Shown piece after piece: positions 55,554 to 64,000 of a stretch of 64,000 nt of DNA (the first letter of the stretch is position 1; every line of letters begins with the position of its first letter). A model generated the notes under the pieces. That model ran no database searches. It was not told the origin of the DNA and saw only the letters and a program-made list of their open reading frames with translations. The translations under genes were made by a program, and so were the position numbers. The DNA is taken from IMG/VR virus record IMGVR_UViG_3300031993_000003, one strand, 5' to 3'. This DNA comes from a virus.

Positions 55554-55885
55554 TCACGTTCCTTGATGCGGTTCAGTCTACCAATCCACTCCAGCGAGTC
55601 CTTGCGCCAGATTTCCTTCTTCACCGTGCATACCTGCTCGGACAGTCCCTCGCAACGGTAGACATATTCCCTATGCTTGAAGAAGCTGTCCGCCGCGCTC
55701 ATGGTAAGGTTGTCAAACCGGGCAACGACTATGGCGGTCAGTATGCCCATGACCAATACCAGGCCGCCCATCAGGGCCGCTAGTGAGTGGTCCGGCTTCG
55801 GCTTGATAAGAGAATATATGGCAGCAACCAGGCCGATTACACCGATTGCCACCGGGAGGGCAAGTACTCCGTATACCGCTATCAT
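55550..55885 (-). CDS. two-TM membrane protein
   Basis: two hydrophobic segments. Confidence 0.7.
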   Translation of the reverse strand: MIAVYGVLALPVAIGVIGLVAAIYSLIKPKPDHSLAALMGGLVLVMGILTAIVVARFDNLTMSAADSFFKHREYVYRCEGLSEQVCTVKKEIWRKDSLEWIGRLNRIKERE

Positions 55886-56067
55886 TACTTTCTCCTGTTG
55901 AGCATTCTTTCGATTTCCTCCCGGTGCTCCTCGAGTTTCTTCTGTTCGAGGTAGCCGGTTATCCTTAGGATTGTTCCCTCGCTGGCATAAATCCAGCTGG
56001 CCTTTCCGCCACGGGTCTTCCGCTGGATTTCCTTGGCGGCGGCCAGTATCTGCTCCGCTGTACTCAT
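55885..56067 (-). CDS. small hypothetical protein
   Basis: MSTAEQ start with AAGGAG. Confidence 0.6.
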   Translation of the reverse strand: MSTAEQILAAAKEIQRKTRGGKASWIYASEGTILRITGYLEQKKLEEHREEIERMLNRRK

Positions 56068-56068
56068 T

Positions 56069-56350
56069 TTATACTCCTTCGGGCAGTTCCGGGAGGTCCG
56101 CCCAGTGGCTGGTGAACTGCACCCCGAAAGTAATCTCGTGCCCCTTCCAGCCGTCGAACTCCCAGTAGTAGGGTACCGGGTCACCCCCGGTAACAGGCAG
56201 CGGGCACAGCGTGGCTATCCCGATAAGGGTTCGCCTGTCCCCGTCGAACTGGTCGTCGGGAATCTCGTATATCATCTTCCGGTCGCCAACGTGGAGCTCC
56301 GGGTGGAGCTTCCCGTCGACGAGCACAGGTTTCCATTCTGCATTGCTCAT
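56069..56350 (-). CDS. hypothetical protein (W...P...THWxxLPxxP, DUF551-like)
   Basis: C-terminal SHWADLPELP. Confidence 0.6.
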   Translation of the reverse strand: MSNAEWKPVLVDGKLHPELHVGDRKMIYEIPDDQFDGDRRTLIGIATLCPLPVTGGDPVPYYWEFDGWKGHEITFGVQFTSHWADLPELPEGV

Positions 56351-56496
56351 TTTCGTTTCCTTATGCACGGTTTCTTCGGTATATAGGTATCCACGATGTG
56401 CCAGCACTTCTCGCAGTGTACTCCTGCCACTCCTTCGGTGTCAGGTTGATGGCGGTATCCTGGAAATCGTCATGCATTGCGATGCGTTCATTTCCG

Positions 56497-56805
56497 TCAA
56501 TTTCTCTTATCAGCATTCTTGTCCTCCAGTGCACTCAGGGAGTCCAGAACGAACACGGTCTTTCCAGGTGCCTCCCCGGTAGCCTCCGCGGTCAGCTCAT
56601 GGATTTTCTCCAGGAGTTCCCCCGTGAGTTCCCTCAGGTCCTGCGCGGCACCCGTGTTCCTGGCCAGTACCTTTACTGCGTCGTAGTCGGCGGTATCGAT
56701 GAAGCAGTTGTCCATGGACTGTACAAACGCGTCGATTTCCGCCTTGGTAGGAATGTTCTTTATTATAATTCGGGTCGGCTCGATGCCAGTACTATGTTCG
56801 CTCAT
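56497..56805 (-). CDS. hypothetical protein
   Basis: 102-aa ORF. Confidence 0.6.
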   Translation of the reverse strand: MSEHSTGIEPTRIIIKNIPTKAEIDAFVQSMDNCFIDTADYDAVKVLARNTGAAQDLRELTGELLEKIHELTAEATGEAPGKTVFVLDSLSALEDKNADKRN

Positions 56806-57199
56806 ACTTACCCCAGTTCAGGTCTATCATCATCGGCCGGTACTCCTGGTCGCCTTCCAGGTGTTTCAGGGCGTGTAGCACGTTGAGACAGACCTCGCGC
56901 AGCTCCTCCTTGCTACTTATAGAGGTATGACGGTCTCCCAGGTCGGTCCCGTTGATAGTGTACTTGCCTGTGCTAGTTTCTCTCCACAGGGCATCGTAGA
57001 ATCCCTGGACTACTGACCCTCCTGACAGACAGTAGTTGTTCCACCAGCCGAACGACGTCCTGCCGTCCCTAAGCACGGGGGACGATATGTATGCCACCAC
57101 GTCTATCATGCCCGGCCCCCACTCGGTCGTTTCAACCTCCAGTCCACAATCAGCACAGATAGCGGCAAACTCTTCCTTTGTCATCGTTTCTTCGGTCAT
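56792..57199 (-). CDS. hypothetical protein
   Basis: SD AGGAG. Confidence 0.7.
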   Translation of the reverse strand: MTEETMTKEEFAAICADCGLEVETTEWGPGMIDVVAYISSPVLRDGRTSFGWWNNYCLSGGSVVQGFYDALWRETSTGKYTINGTDLGDRHTSISSKEELREVCLNVLHALKHLEGDQEYRPMMIDLNWGKYERT

Positions 57200-57208
57200 G
57201 ATGTACTC

Positions 57209-58033
57209 CTAAAGCTTCGTTATCCACTCCCGGGTCTCCGGATAGTGGCTAACCATGTATCCCTTGGCCAGGTGGAAGAACATCCCGTACATCCCCTGGG
57301 CTGGACCGTAGATGTACCGGTCAACTGAGCAGAACCCCAAGGCGAACCCGAGCAGAGGGTTGTCCATGTGCTTCCGGGAGGCAACTTCCTGGAGAAGGCT
57401 TGTACATGCAGGGAACTCGACCTCCCCCTTATCCAGGTCGACCCGGTAGAACACCGTGTCCTTGTACGAGTAGGAGTAGGTGTTCCCGTCGACAGTTTCG
57501 GTGCACTTGAGCCTGTATATCAGGTCGTTCACGTGCGACACGATACGGTCGTAGTGCTCCTGGGAACGGTCGTTCCATTCGTCGAACCAGTCCGTGTATT
57601 TCTTGTTGGTCGCCCTGTTGATGAGAGCCTGCCCAATCTTGCATTTCTCGTAGTGCCACTTCTTGGCATGCTCGGCCATCGTATGCTCCGCGCTGGTCAC
57701 AATCTTCCCGACGGGTTCCGCCAGCGCATCCCGGTAGAACCGGTCGATTAACTCCTTGGAGGCCTCCCGGTCAACCCCGGGAGCGAACAGGAATCCCCGG
57801 TAGGAAATCTCTTCGTCGTCTACCGGGTGTTCCGGGATGAGTACGAATGTTACCGGGTCGTCCTTGTCATCGTCGTAGAACATGCGGTATACGGCATGCC
57901 CCTTGGGTTCGAACTTGGTGTGGCACCTGCTCTCTTCGCCATACCCGAGGAAAGTCCCGTTGGCCTCGGTGATGCCCCTGGATAGGAGGAATTCGCCAAG
58001 TGAGTCGCGTATCAGTGTATCGCCTATGTACAT
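57209..58033 (-). CDS. hypothetical protein
   Basis: start after promoter and GAGGAG. Confidence 0.75.
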   Translation of the reverse strand: MYIGDTLIRDSLGEFLLSRGITEANGTFLGYGEESRCHTKFEPKGHAVYRMFYDDDKDDPVTFVLIPEHPVDDEEISYRGFLFAPGVDREASKELIDRFYRDALAEPVGKIVTSAEHTMAEHAKKWHYEKCKIGQALINRATNKKYTDWFDEWNDRSQEHYDRIVSHVNDLIYRLKCTETVDGNTYSYSYKDTVFYRVDLDKGEVEFPACTSLLQEVASRKHMDNPLLGFALGFCSVDRYIYGPAQGMYGMFFHLAKGYMVSHYPETREWITKL

Positions 58034-58115
58034 GTGTACTCCTCTTTGTCCCCAAATATAGCAAATTTGTCTCAGTCCGCTAGAAAATGCTATATTTGAT
58101 GCCGGAGGAATCCAC

Positions 58116-58448
58116 ATGATAGAAGACAAGGAAGCATACCAGGCCAGGCGTGACGAGATTCTCGACCGCCAGAACGAACTGTTCGACCGTATGGAATATG
58201 TCGATTCCATGCTGGAGGAATACGGCGACCTCACGCTCGGCCAGATTAGGGAAAAGCTCGATGCCGAACTCGACAAACTGGAAGACGAGTACCAGGCGCA
58301 TACCCGGGAGGAATTCGATACCCTGGCCAAAATCAGCAAGGAATTCAGCGCCCCCCAGGTGGAAAACTGGATTGCACAGGGATACGACACGGTGGACCTC
58401 GTGAACGCCTACCTCCGGGGTGACCTGGACAAGTTCAGGGGGAAATAG
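58116..58448 (+). CDS. hypothetical protein
   Basis: paralog of 21362-21886. Confidence 0.75.
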   Translation: MIEDKEAYQARRDEILDRQNELFDRMEYVDSMLEEYGDLTLGQIREKLDAELDKLEDEYQAHTREEFDTLAKISKEFSAPQVENWIAQGYDTVDLVNAYLRGDLDKFRGK

Positions 58449-58483
58449 TGATATAAACTACCGGAAAACCCCGGTAGGATACC

Positions 58484-59455
58484 ATGGATTCCCTCCAGAA
58501 TACCTTCAAGACCTTTATCGAGTCCACCTGTACTAAGTTCGGCTGCACTGAAATGATTGCCCCTCTCCAGGAGGGTTTCTCCGCACTGTGCGAGGCCGAG
58601 AATGTCAACGGTGCAAGACCGGTTGACGTGGCAGAGAAGCTGGTGGAAAGGGTGATTAGATACCTTATCAACGAGAAAGGGTACTATGTAGTCGCCCACG
58701 AGACCCACAGGTATATCGACAGTGACGGCTGGTTCGAACTGGAGTTCAACCTTAGGGGTGGTTCCGACCCGAACACCGACGTATACCTCAATACACACAG
58801 CGACACTGACCAGGATTTCGAGGATGAATGGCTGAACCATGACTCGGACGAAGAGCTGGGATACGATGCCATAATGTGGGACCCGTACACATTGCATGAC
58901 TATGCGTACGCCCTGGAGAACATCATCGAATGCGATGCCACGCGCAATGACCTGCCACCGGAGTTGGTTTCCGAATGTGTAACCTTCCTGCAGGGAAACA
59001 GATACCTGAAGGATTTCGACAAGTCCAAGTGCACGGACGCAAATAAGCCACTCCAGGAAGGGCTCGCGGCGATGTGCGAAGCGGAGGCGGGGGGAACGGC
59101 GGTTGAAATCCCAGTCCGGTTCACCCCGGCAACCAATGTCCAGGCGAAGGTGGACGCGAAACTCAGGCAGCTTGGCATAGTGGTGGACTGGTCGACATAC
59201 GAGCCGTCCAGGAACCGTTCGTGGGCCTCCCAGGGGATGCCCTCGGGTACAGCCGAGGCCTACACGGTGTCGGAGGCCGAGGAAGCCGGTTCGTATACAA
59301 CATACAACAAGCGCACGATATGCTTCTATGTATCGGTGAGCGAACTGGCGAGGACTCCGGTGGAGATGTATGACGTGAACGACCACATGGGCAGCGACTA
59401 CCGGGAAATTGGCGTGGACACCAGGTTCGTACCGGCGGGGGAAACGGAGAGGTAA
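58484..59455 (+). CDS. acidic protein with duplicated PLQEGxxAxCEAE motif
   Basis: motif near codons 27-39 and ~190-201. Confidence 0.75.
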   Translation: MDSLQNTFKTFIESTCTKFGCTEMIAPLQEGFSALCEAENVNGARPVDVAEKLVERVIRYLINEKGYYVVAHETHRYIDSDGWFELEFNLRGGSDPNTDVYLNTHSDTDQDFEDEWLNHDSDEELGYDAIMWDPYTLHDYAYALENIIECDATRNDLPPELVSECVTFLQGNRYLKDFDKSKCTDANKPLQEGLAAMCEAEAGGTAVEIPVRFTPATNVQAKVDAKLRQLGIVVDWSTYEPSRNRSWASQGMPSGTAEAYTVSEAEEAGSYTTYNKRTICFYVSVSELARTPVEMYDVNDHMGSDYREIGVDTRFVPAGETER

Positions 59456-59482
59456 TCCAAGGATTGTACAAGGGAGACTGCA

Positions 59483-60229
59483 ATGGAGACAGTGGGAGAT
59501 ACCGGGAAACTGGACTGCGTGGTGGGCCTTACTTCATGGAGAGGCAGGCTGTATTCCGACATAGTCCAGCTCGTATTGTTCAGCCTGCTGAAGCAGAAGA
59601 CCAAGTACAGGTACAAGGTCGTATTGGTGCTATCCGAGGAGGAATTCCCCGGGAAGGACCGGGAGGTGCCCGGGAACATACTCAGGATGGTCCGGGCGGT
59701 TTCATTCTTCGAGATACTGTGGGATTCCGGCAACGCAAAATCATACAAAAAATATTTCCCGGTACAGCGGAAGTATCCTGATTTGCCCATTATTACTATC
59801 GACGACGACAGTCCGGCGCACGAGGACTTTGTCGAGAAGATGATGGACTTGCACCACAAGGATGTTAAACGTGTCATTTATGGCTACCATATGGTCCCAC
59901 ATAACCTTGGTGGGATTGACTGTGTCCGCTACGGGGTGGCACTGTACCCGCCTGGCTCGCTATTTCCACTGGACGAGCACTTCGGACGTAAGTTCTTCAA
60001 GGACATGGATGACGAGTATATGCGGCTCTTGCATGTACTGGCAGGTACCCGGTACTTTGAGATAAAGGCAGGAAGTGTCCTGCACATCCAGGCCGGTGCC
60101 CAGGATGTCGCCATGCAGCGTATAATGGCGAACCAATGGGGAGAAATCAGGGGCATGTGGGAGACACTATTCGCCGCCATGCCCAAGCTGAAGGAACTCT
60201 GGGACAGGAACGTTAGGAAGAAGAACTAG
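59483..60229 (+). CDS. GT-A-fold glycosyltransferase-like protein
   Basis: LTSW..R, EEEFP, SYKK, ITIDDD, LYPP. Confidence 0.7.
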   Translation: METVGDTGKLDCVVGLTSWRGRLYSDIVQLVLFSLLKQKTKYRYKVVLVLSEEEFPGKDREVPGNILRMVRAVSFFEILWDSGNAKSYKKYFPVQRKYPDLPIITIDDDSPAHEDFVEKMMDLHHKDVKRVIYGYHMVPHNLGGIDCVRYGVALYPPGSLFPLDEHFGRKFFKDMDDEYMRLLHVLAGTRYFEIKAGSVLHIQAGAQDVAMQRIMANQWGEIRGMWETLFAAMPKLKELWDRNVRKKN

Positions 60230-60230
60230 G

Positions 60231-60854
60231 ATGAATCTCATTGGCAATTGTTGCATATCCAATCATGTCGCAGAACTCTGTGGGGAAGGACATACAAATC
60301 CGTTCACCTGGGTAGACCTAGATTTCGAATCGATGTTTCACCTGATTACGCACTGGGATACCATTAACTGGGGCAAAATTAGAATCGAGGAGCATCCGCA
60401 TCCGTATGGTTGGGCAAAGAATGCCTACTGGCTAATCGTTGATGACAAGGTGAAAATCCGGTATGTGCATTACCTGTTCGACCCAATGGTAAATACACCT
60501 TCAGTAAAAGGGGCCGATGTCCGGTACAATAAAATATGGAAATACATTGTTGATAAGTATGTAGAACGAACCAGGAGAATGCTGGAATTACACGATAACC
60601 CCACATTTATAATTGAATGGGGCCATATGGACTACAAAGGAGATAATTGGAAAAGGCTGGTCAAATGTAATCCTAAATATAATGTAGTCGTTATAACGCG
60701 GGGCCACTCGTTATCGGAACTGCCATCGAATATATTGGTTATTCACGACCCGAATAATACCGAATTTCCATTGTACTTTGCCAGGAAATATTATAAACAG
60801 ATATATTCTTGGTGTACTCCTGGATTTACACGGCATAATGCTACCGGAAGCTAA
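60231..60854 (+). CDS. DUF1919-like protein
   Basis: IGNCC...NPFTW...HY. Confidence 0.6.
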   Translation: MNLIGNCCISNHVAELCGEGHTNPFTWVDLDFESMFHLITHWDTINWGKIRIEEHPHPYGWAKNAYWLIVDDKVKIRYVHYLFDPMVNTPSVKGADVRYNKIWKYIVDKYVERTRRMLELHDNPTFIIEWGHMDYKGDNWKRLVKCNPKYNVVVITRGHSLSELPSNILVIHDPNNTEFPLYFARKYYKQIYSWCTPGFTRHNATGS

Positions 60855-60888
60855 AATAACGTTTGCGTTTAATGAATACATCGATTTA

Positions 60889-61695
60889 CTATAGTAATTG
60901 CATTAGCTCATCTTTACTTTTCATTTCATAATTTGTATCATTAAACTTTGGAAAAATACGTTTCCATTGCGATAAATTATTCTCGTTGCATCGCAATGCC
61001 AAGTATAATTGAATATGTTTAGTCTTTACTATACTTTTCCAGGTAGCAGTATCTTGTGTCCCATCGACTATGAAATTATTCCATTGATGTGTCATTATAC
61101 GAGTATCGGAATTTACAATGTATGGTGTAAGCCAACATTCGTCGCATTTTTTACAATACTCCTTGCGTAAGGTGATTGCATTAGGTAGAATAGAGTTCAA
61201 TGGAAATGAGCGTGGTAGAACAATGCATTGACCGCATAATTGTATAGTTTTTAATGGAATATCAATAGTGGGTGGTAAGAATACTCGCTGAATACTATTG
61301 TTATATGATAATCTTGGGTATAAATAATCGCCACAATTTATAATTAGATTATTATATTTGGTAGTCATTTTTTTTGCAGACTCAATCAGTTTCGTATCAT
61401 AAAAAACATCATCATCAATCGATATCACTAAATCATTATAATGGTCTGGATAAACATACCATCTCTTATGACAGTATTCATTATCTTTAATCCATTTTAC
61501 CATTATATGAAAGTATTTGCATACCTGCAATAAATCTTTAGGTAAATCAGACTCTTTATTAGGAAACTCTTCTTCGGCTAACCATAAATAAAATATATCC
61601 GGTTTAACGGTTTGTGTATTCATGAAACGAAATATGGCTTCTCCCATATACTTTATTCGACCGGTCCAAGAGGTCATCGTAATTATAGTCAGCAT
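60889..61695 (-). CDS. GT-A-fold glycosyltransferase-like protein
   Basis: MTSW..RI, EEEFP, ISIDDD; homolog of 59483-60229; low GC. Confidence 0.7.
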   Translation of the reverse strand: MLTIITMTSWTGRIKYMGEAIFRFMNTQTVKPDIFYLWLAEEEFPNKESDLPKDLLQVCKYFHIMVKWIKDNEYCHKRWYVYPDHYNDLVISIDDDVFYDTKLIESAKKMTTKYNNLIINCGDYLYPRLSYNNSIQRVFLPPTIDIPLKTIQLCGQCIVLPRSFPLNSILPNAITLRKEYCKKCDECWLTPYIVNSDTRIMTHQWNNFIVDGTQDTATWKSIVKTKHIQLYLALRCNENNLSQWKRIFPKFNDTNYEMKSKDELMQLL

Positions 61696-61730
61696 GTTTA
61701 TATGTTTCCTTATACTTGCATAGTGAGAAA

Positions 61731-62567
61731 TTATAAATGTAATAAGGTACCTAATTTGCCATTTGTATCGGCGGTTCTGAAATGGTCATACCCTGAATCT
61801 GGTGTGAATGTCAATTCTCCTAAATATAGGGTATCATCAATTTCATAAAAATCGCATCGGCATATTTTAAAATCCGCAGACAGTATGCGACTATATTCAA
61901 TCATTTTTTCAAGGTTAACCGGCCGTTTAATGGTTGACCGCGACGGGTATTCAATCCAATCATACTCAGGGGAGTATTTCCAATCCAATGAATAATTTGA
62001 CACTGTTTTGTTTGTGTGCCTATCTAGGAAGACTTGGCACCAAATTGGATTTCCGTTAAAACAGTGAATCTTATAATCGGTCAAATCAGAATGGCCGGTT
62101 TGTTTCATGTACTTTTCAATTAAAATACGCGGTTCAATCATGGCATAATGCAGTTCGCAACCGTTTGAGAACGCAAAATTGGTATGAAGCCATTTCGTCA
62201 GAGTTTCTATTATTTTTGACCGGTTGATAGTTCTTTTATCTTTAACAACAATATTCATGCCGGAACCGTGGTTGCATTTAATGACAAATGCATCAGGCAA
62301 AGCATCAAAATTTATCTGTTCCGGTGCTGAGCATACTTGGAGTATTGGAATGCATAAATCTATCCCCAATTTGGCTTTACACCATTTATGTAAGTTAATT
62401 TTATCGGTTAAATAACTTTTAATAAAGGTGGAATCATAGATTTTAAGCCACTGTATTTTTTCCGTGTATAAGGCAGGATGTTCAAGATTCAACTCATGCC
62501 CCATCATTTGCCGATAAGTGTTTTTTAGCTGAGGTATAAATGTTTTGCAATATTCTACCCATTCCAT
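61731..62567 (-). CDS. TupA-like ATP-grasp protein
   Basis: EKIQWLK, IKCNHGSG, DYK..CFNG, RCDFY, GELTF.P.SG. Confidence 0.85.
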   Translation of the reverse strand: MEWVEYCKTFIPQLKNTYRQMMGHELNLEHPALYTEKIQWLKIYDSTFIKSYLTDKINLHKWCKAKLGIDLCIPILQVCSAPEQINFDALPDAFVIKCNHGSGMNIVVKDKRTINRSKIIETLTKWLHTNFAFSNGCELHYAMIEPRILIEKYMKQTGHSDLTDYKIHCFNGNPIWCQVFLDRHTNKTVSNYSLDWKYSPEYDWIEYPSRSTIKRPVNLEKMIEYSRILSADFKICRCDFYEIDDTLYLGELTFTPDSGYDHFRTADTNGKLGTLLHL

Positions 62568-63412
62568 AAAGAAACCAGCCTTTTCTCTTCAGTAAACATG
62601 CTGTTGTTCGCATATAAATTGGTATAAATAAGCGGCTTATTCTTGTCGAATTTCTGGTTTGCCGCAGATTTTCTCTTGGAACATTTTATCCTCCATTCAT
62701 CATCGCTTTTGAATTGATAATGGGCTACAAACATATCCAAGTTGGAGCGCGGAGGTAATATATTATCGGCACAATCTTTGATTATGGTACCATCGCACAT
62801 GTAAGATTGAATTCGAGCATTGGTGCCATTTTCCGATGGGTTGTGCCCACCATTGTGCGGCAAGCCCCAGTACCATTGGTGCATAGTATTTACACATGTC
62901 TTAACCCACCGGTTATCTTGCCTCCACTGAGAATACAATGCTTCACTTGCCTTATCGGACCATCCGGTAGCGTTTTCAATCAATGACTTGGTTCTGGTCT
63001 TCGTAAATTCCAATGGGAACATATTCTTCCAGGACATGCTTAGTTTCACCATGTCCGGGTACTTTTTCTGCAAGGTCAATAATGCGGCATTGATGTTATT
63101 GCTGTACTTCTCGCTAACATAGAGGAATTCGTCATCGTCAATGGGCAGCACCCACCATGCCGGGCTTTCGTTGTTGATGTACCGGTTGTACAGGGCGTAC
63201 TGGTTCGGCCATCCCTTGATCAGTTCATAGGTCACCCGGTCGCCGTATTTCTGGCATTCGCTCTTGATGTCCACCGATGATTCGTTGTTGAAAACGTGGC
63301 ACCTTTGGAACCCGATGATGTCCATGTGCCAGTGCAGCCAATCCTTGAAGTCCTGCAAGTTGTAACTCTTGGTAAGCAGTACGACTTCAGTGAAGAACTT
63401 CTTCTCTACCAT
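62555..63412 (-). CDS. glycosyltransferase family 92/2-like protein
   Basis: WL.WH..IG, NNES, W...IDDDEFL, HYQFKS. Confidence 0.75.
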   Translation of the reverse strand: MVEKKFFTEVVLLTKSYNLQDFKDWLHWHMDIIGFQRCHVFNNESSVDIKSECQKYGDRVTYELIKGWPNQYALYNRYINNESPAWWVLPIDDDEFLYVSEKYSNNINAALLTLQKKYPDMVKLSMSWKNMFPLEFTKTRTKSLIENATGWSDKASEALYSQWRQDNRWVKTCVNTMHQWYWGLPHNGGHNPSENGTNARIQSYMCDGTIIKDCADNILPPRSNLDMFVAHYQFKSDDEWRIKCSKRKSAANQKFDKNKPLIYTNLYANNSMFTEEKRLVSLWNG

Positions 63413-63450
63413 GGTGGTCTCCCTTTCATAATAGGCAGTTTATATATTTA

Positions 63451-63813
63451 TTAGCGGTTACGTCTTGACCGTCGTCGCGGTTTGTGTGCTTGAATTTGAA
63501 AATCGTCAATGGTAGAATAGATGCCACGATGCTGATTAAAGGTGAATACCCATGTCGTGTCAGATTTCTCTATAATGCCTTTACCGGCGGCTTCTAACCT
63601 GGTAAAAAGACCACGTACATATTCTTTGGTTATTTTTATGGATGTCCCATTATATAGAGATATTACAACATCATCGGAAAGTCCACCTCCTACATGAAAA
63701 GGGCGATATGTTCCGGCCAATGGGTCATGAGGAATTGACCATGCAGAAGATGCACGAAAATACATCTGCATTTCCACTTGAGAATCTAGTTGTTCTGATG
63801 CTTCTTTTTTCAT
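63451..63813 (-). CDS. hypothetical protein
   Basis: 120-aa ORF with AAGGA. Confidence 0.65.
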   Translation of the reverse strand: MKKEASEQLDSQVEMQMYFRASSAWSIPHDPLAGTYRPFHVGGGLSDDVVISLYNGTSIKITKEYVRGLFTRLEAAGKGIIEKSDTTWVFTFNQHRGIYSTIDDFQIQAHKPRRRSRRNR

Positions 63814-63874
63814 AAAGTATCCTTCTTGGGATAGGGTTTATTGTCGAAATAGTAATAACCCTATGAATTTTTGT

Positions 63875-64000
63875 GTGAACTACAGACCGCCCTAAAGGGC
63901 GGCAGCTTCTGGTTTCAACCCAGCGAACTTGTCCGTTCCAGAATAGGTTTGGATATATAGGTCCACCAGTCCACCATCATAAGTTTCCTCCGTTCCGGAG
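63875..64000 (-). mobile_element. right end of a second IS200/IS605 (tnpB) element, cut by the window edge
   Basis: minus strand reads ...KPEAAAL* then CCGCCCTTTAGGGCGG...GTAGTTCAC, as at 40310-40346. Confidence 0.7.

Larger units (their letters stand above)
23348..58098. promoter_or_regulatory. dispersed TTGCTATATTTG extended -10 promoter motif (~14 copies, five divergent pairs)
   Basis: minus strand: 23348, 23626, 24949, 29348, 35277, 44388, 50417, 54872, 58053; plus strand: 24978, 29374, 35304, 44424, 46704, 58087 (variant); all at gene-block starts. Confidence 0.85.

Noticed and set aside
1-64000. Stop-codon reassignment
   Set aside because: TAA, TAG and TGA all end genes normally and recognisable proteins are full length in the standard code; only one isolated internal stop was seen.
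1-64000. tRNA or rRNA genes
   Set aside because: No cloverleaf/T-loop or rRNA signatures were noticed by eye; tRNAscan was not run.

Overview
The window looks like part of a large (probably jumbo) dsDNA phage genome, possibly of a Fibrobacter/FCB-group host. It has dense small ORFs, homing endonucleases, TnpB, Pth2 and FISUMP genes, but no capsid, terminase or rRNA/tRNA genes, so the phage call is an inference. It has three parts. (1) 1-19.3 kb: about 35 minus-strand small genes arranged as cassettes. Nearly all follow a ~45-bp CCGG-rich repeat (core GCATCCCCCGG, ~34 copies) plus an SD and end at a CCGG-stem terminator. Cargo includes a Type IIG-like restriction-modification enzyme, RadC/JAB, SpoVG, DUF2958, DUF1281 and two candidate ncRNAs. 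(2) 19.3-20 kb: a non-coding AT-rich/G-tract/direct-repeat junction where GC skew flips (origin or genome end). (3) 20-64 kb: genes driven by a TTGCTATATTTG promoter that often gives leaderless mRNA. These include about 22 small proteins with one shared N-terminal motif (A-x-Y-x-x-I-x-L-x-F-x-R-R/K-x-x-R-K) on mostly unrelated bodies, Gly-Ser-rich mini-genes, a DNA methyltransferase, patatin, an OFA-type MFS transporter and a glycosyltransferase/TupA cluster. CCGG appears strongly over-represented throughout. Domain calls come from motifs recognised by eye, not from searches.
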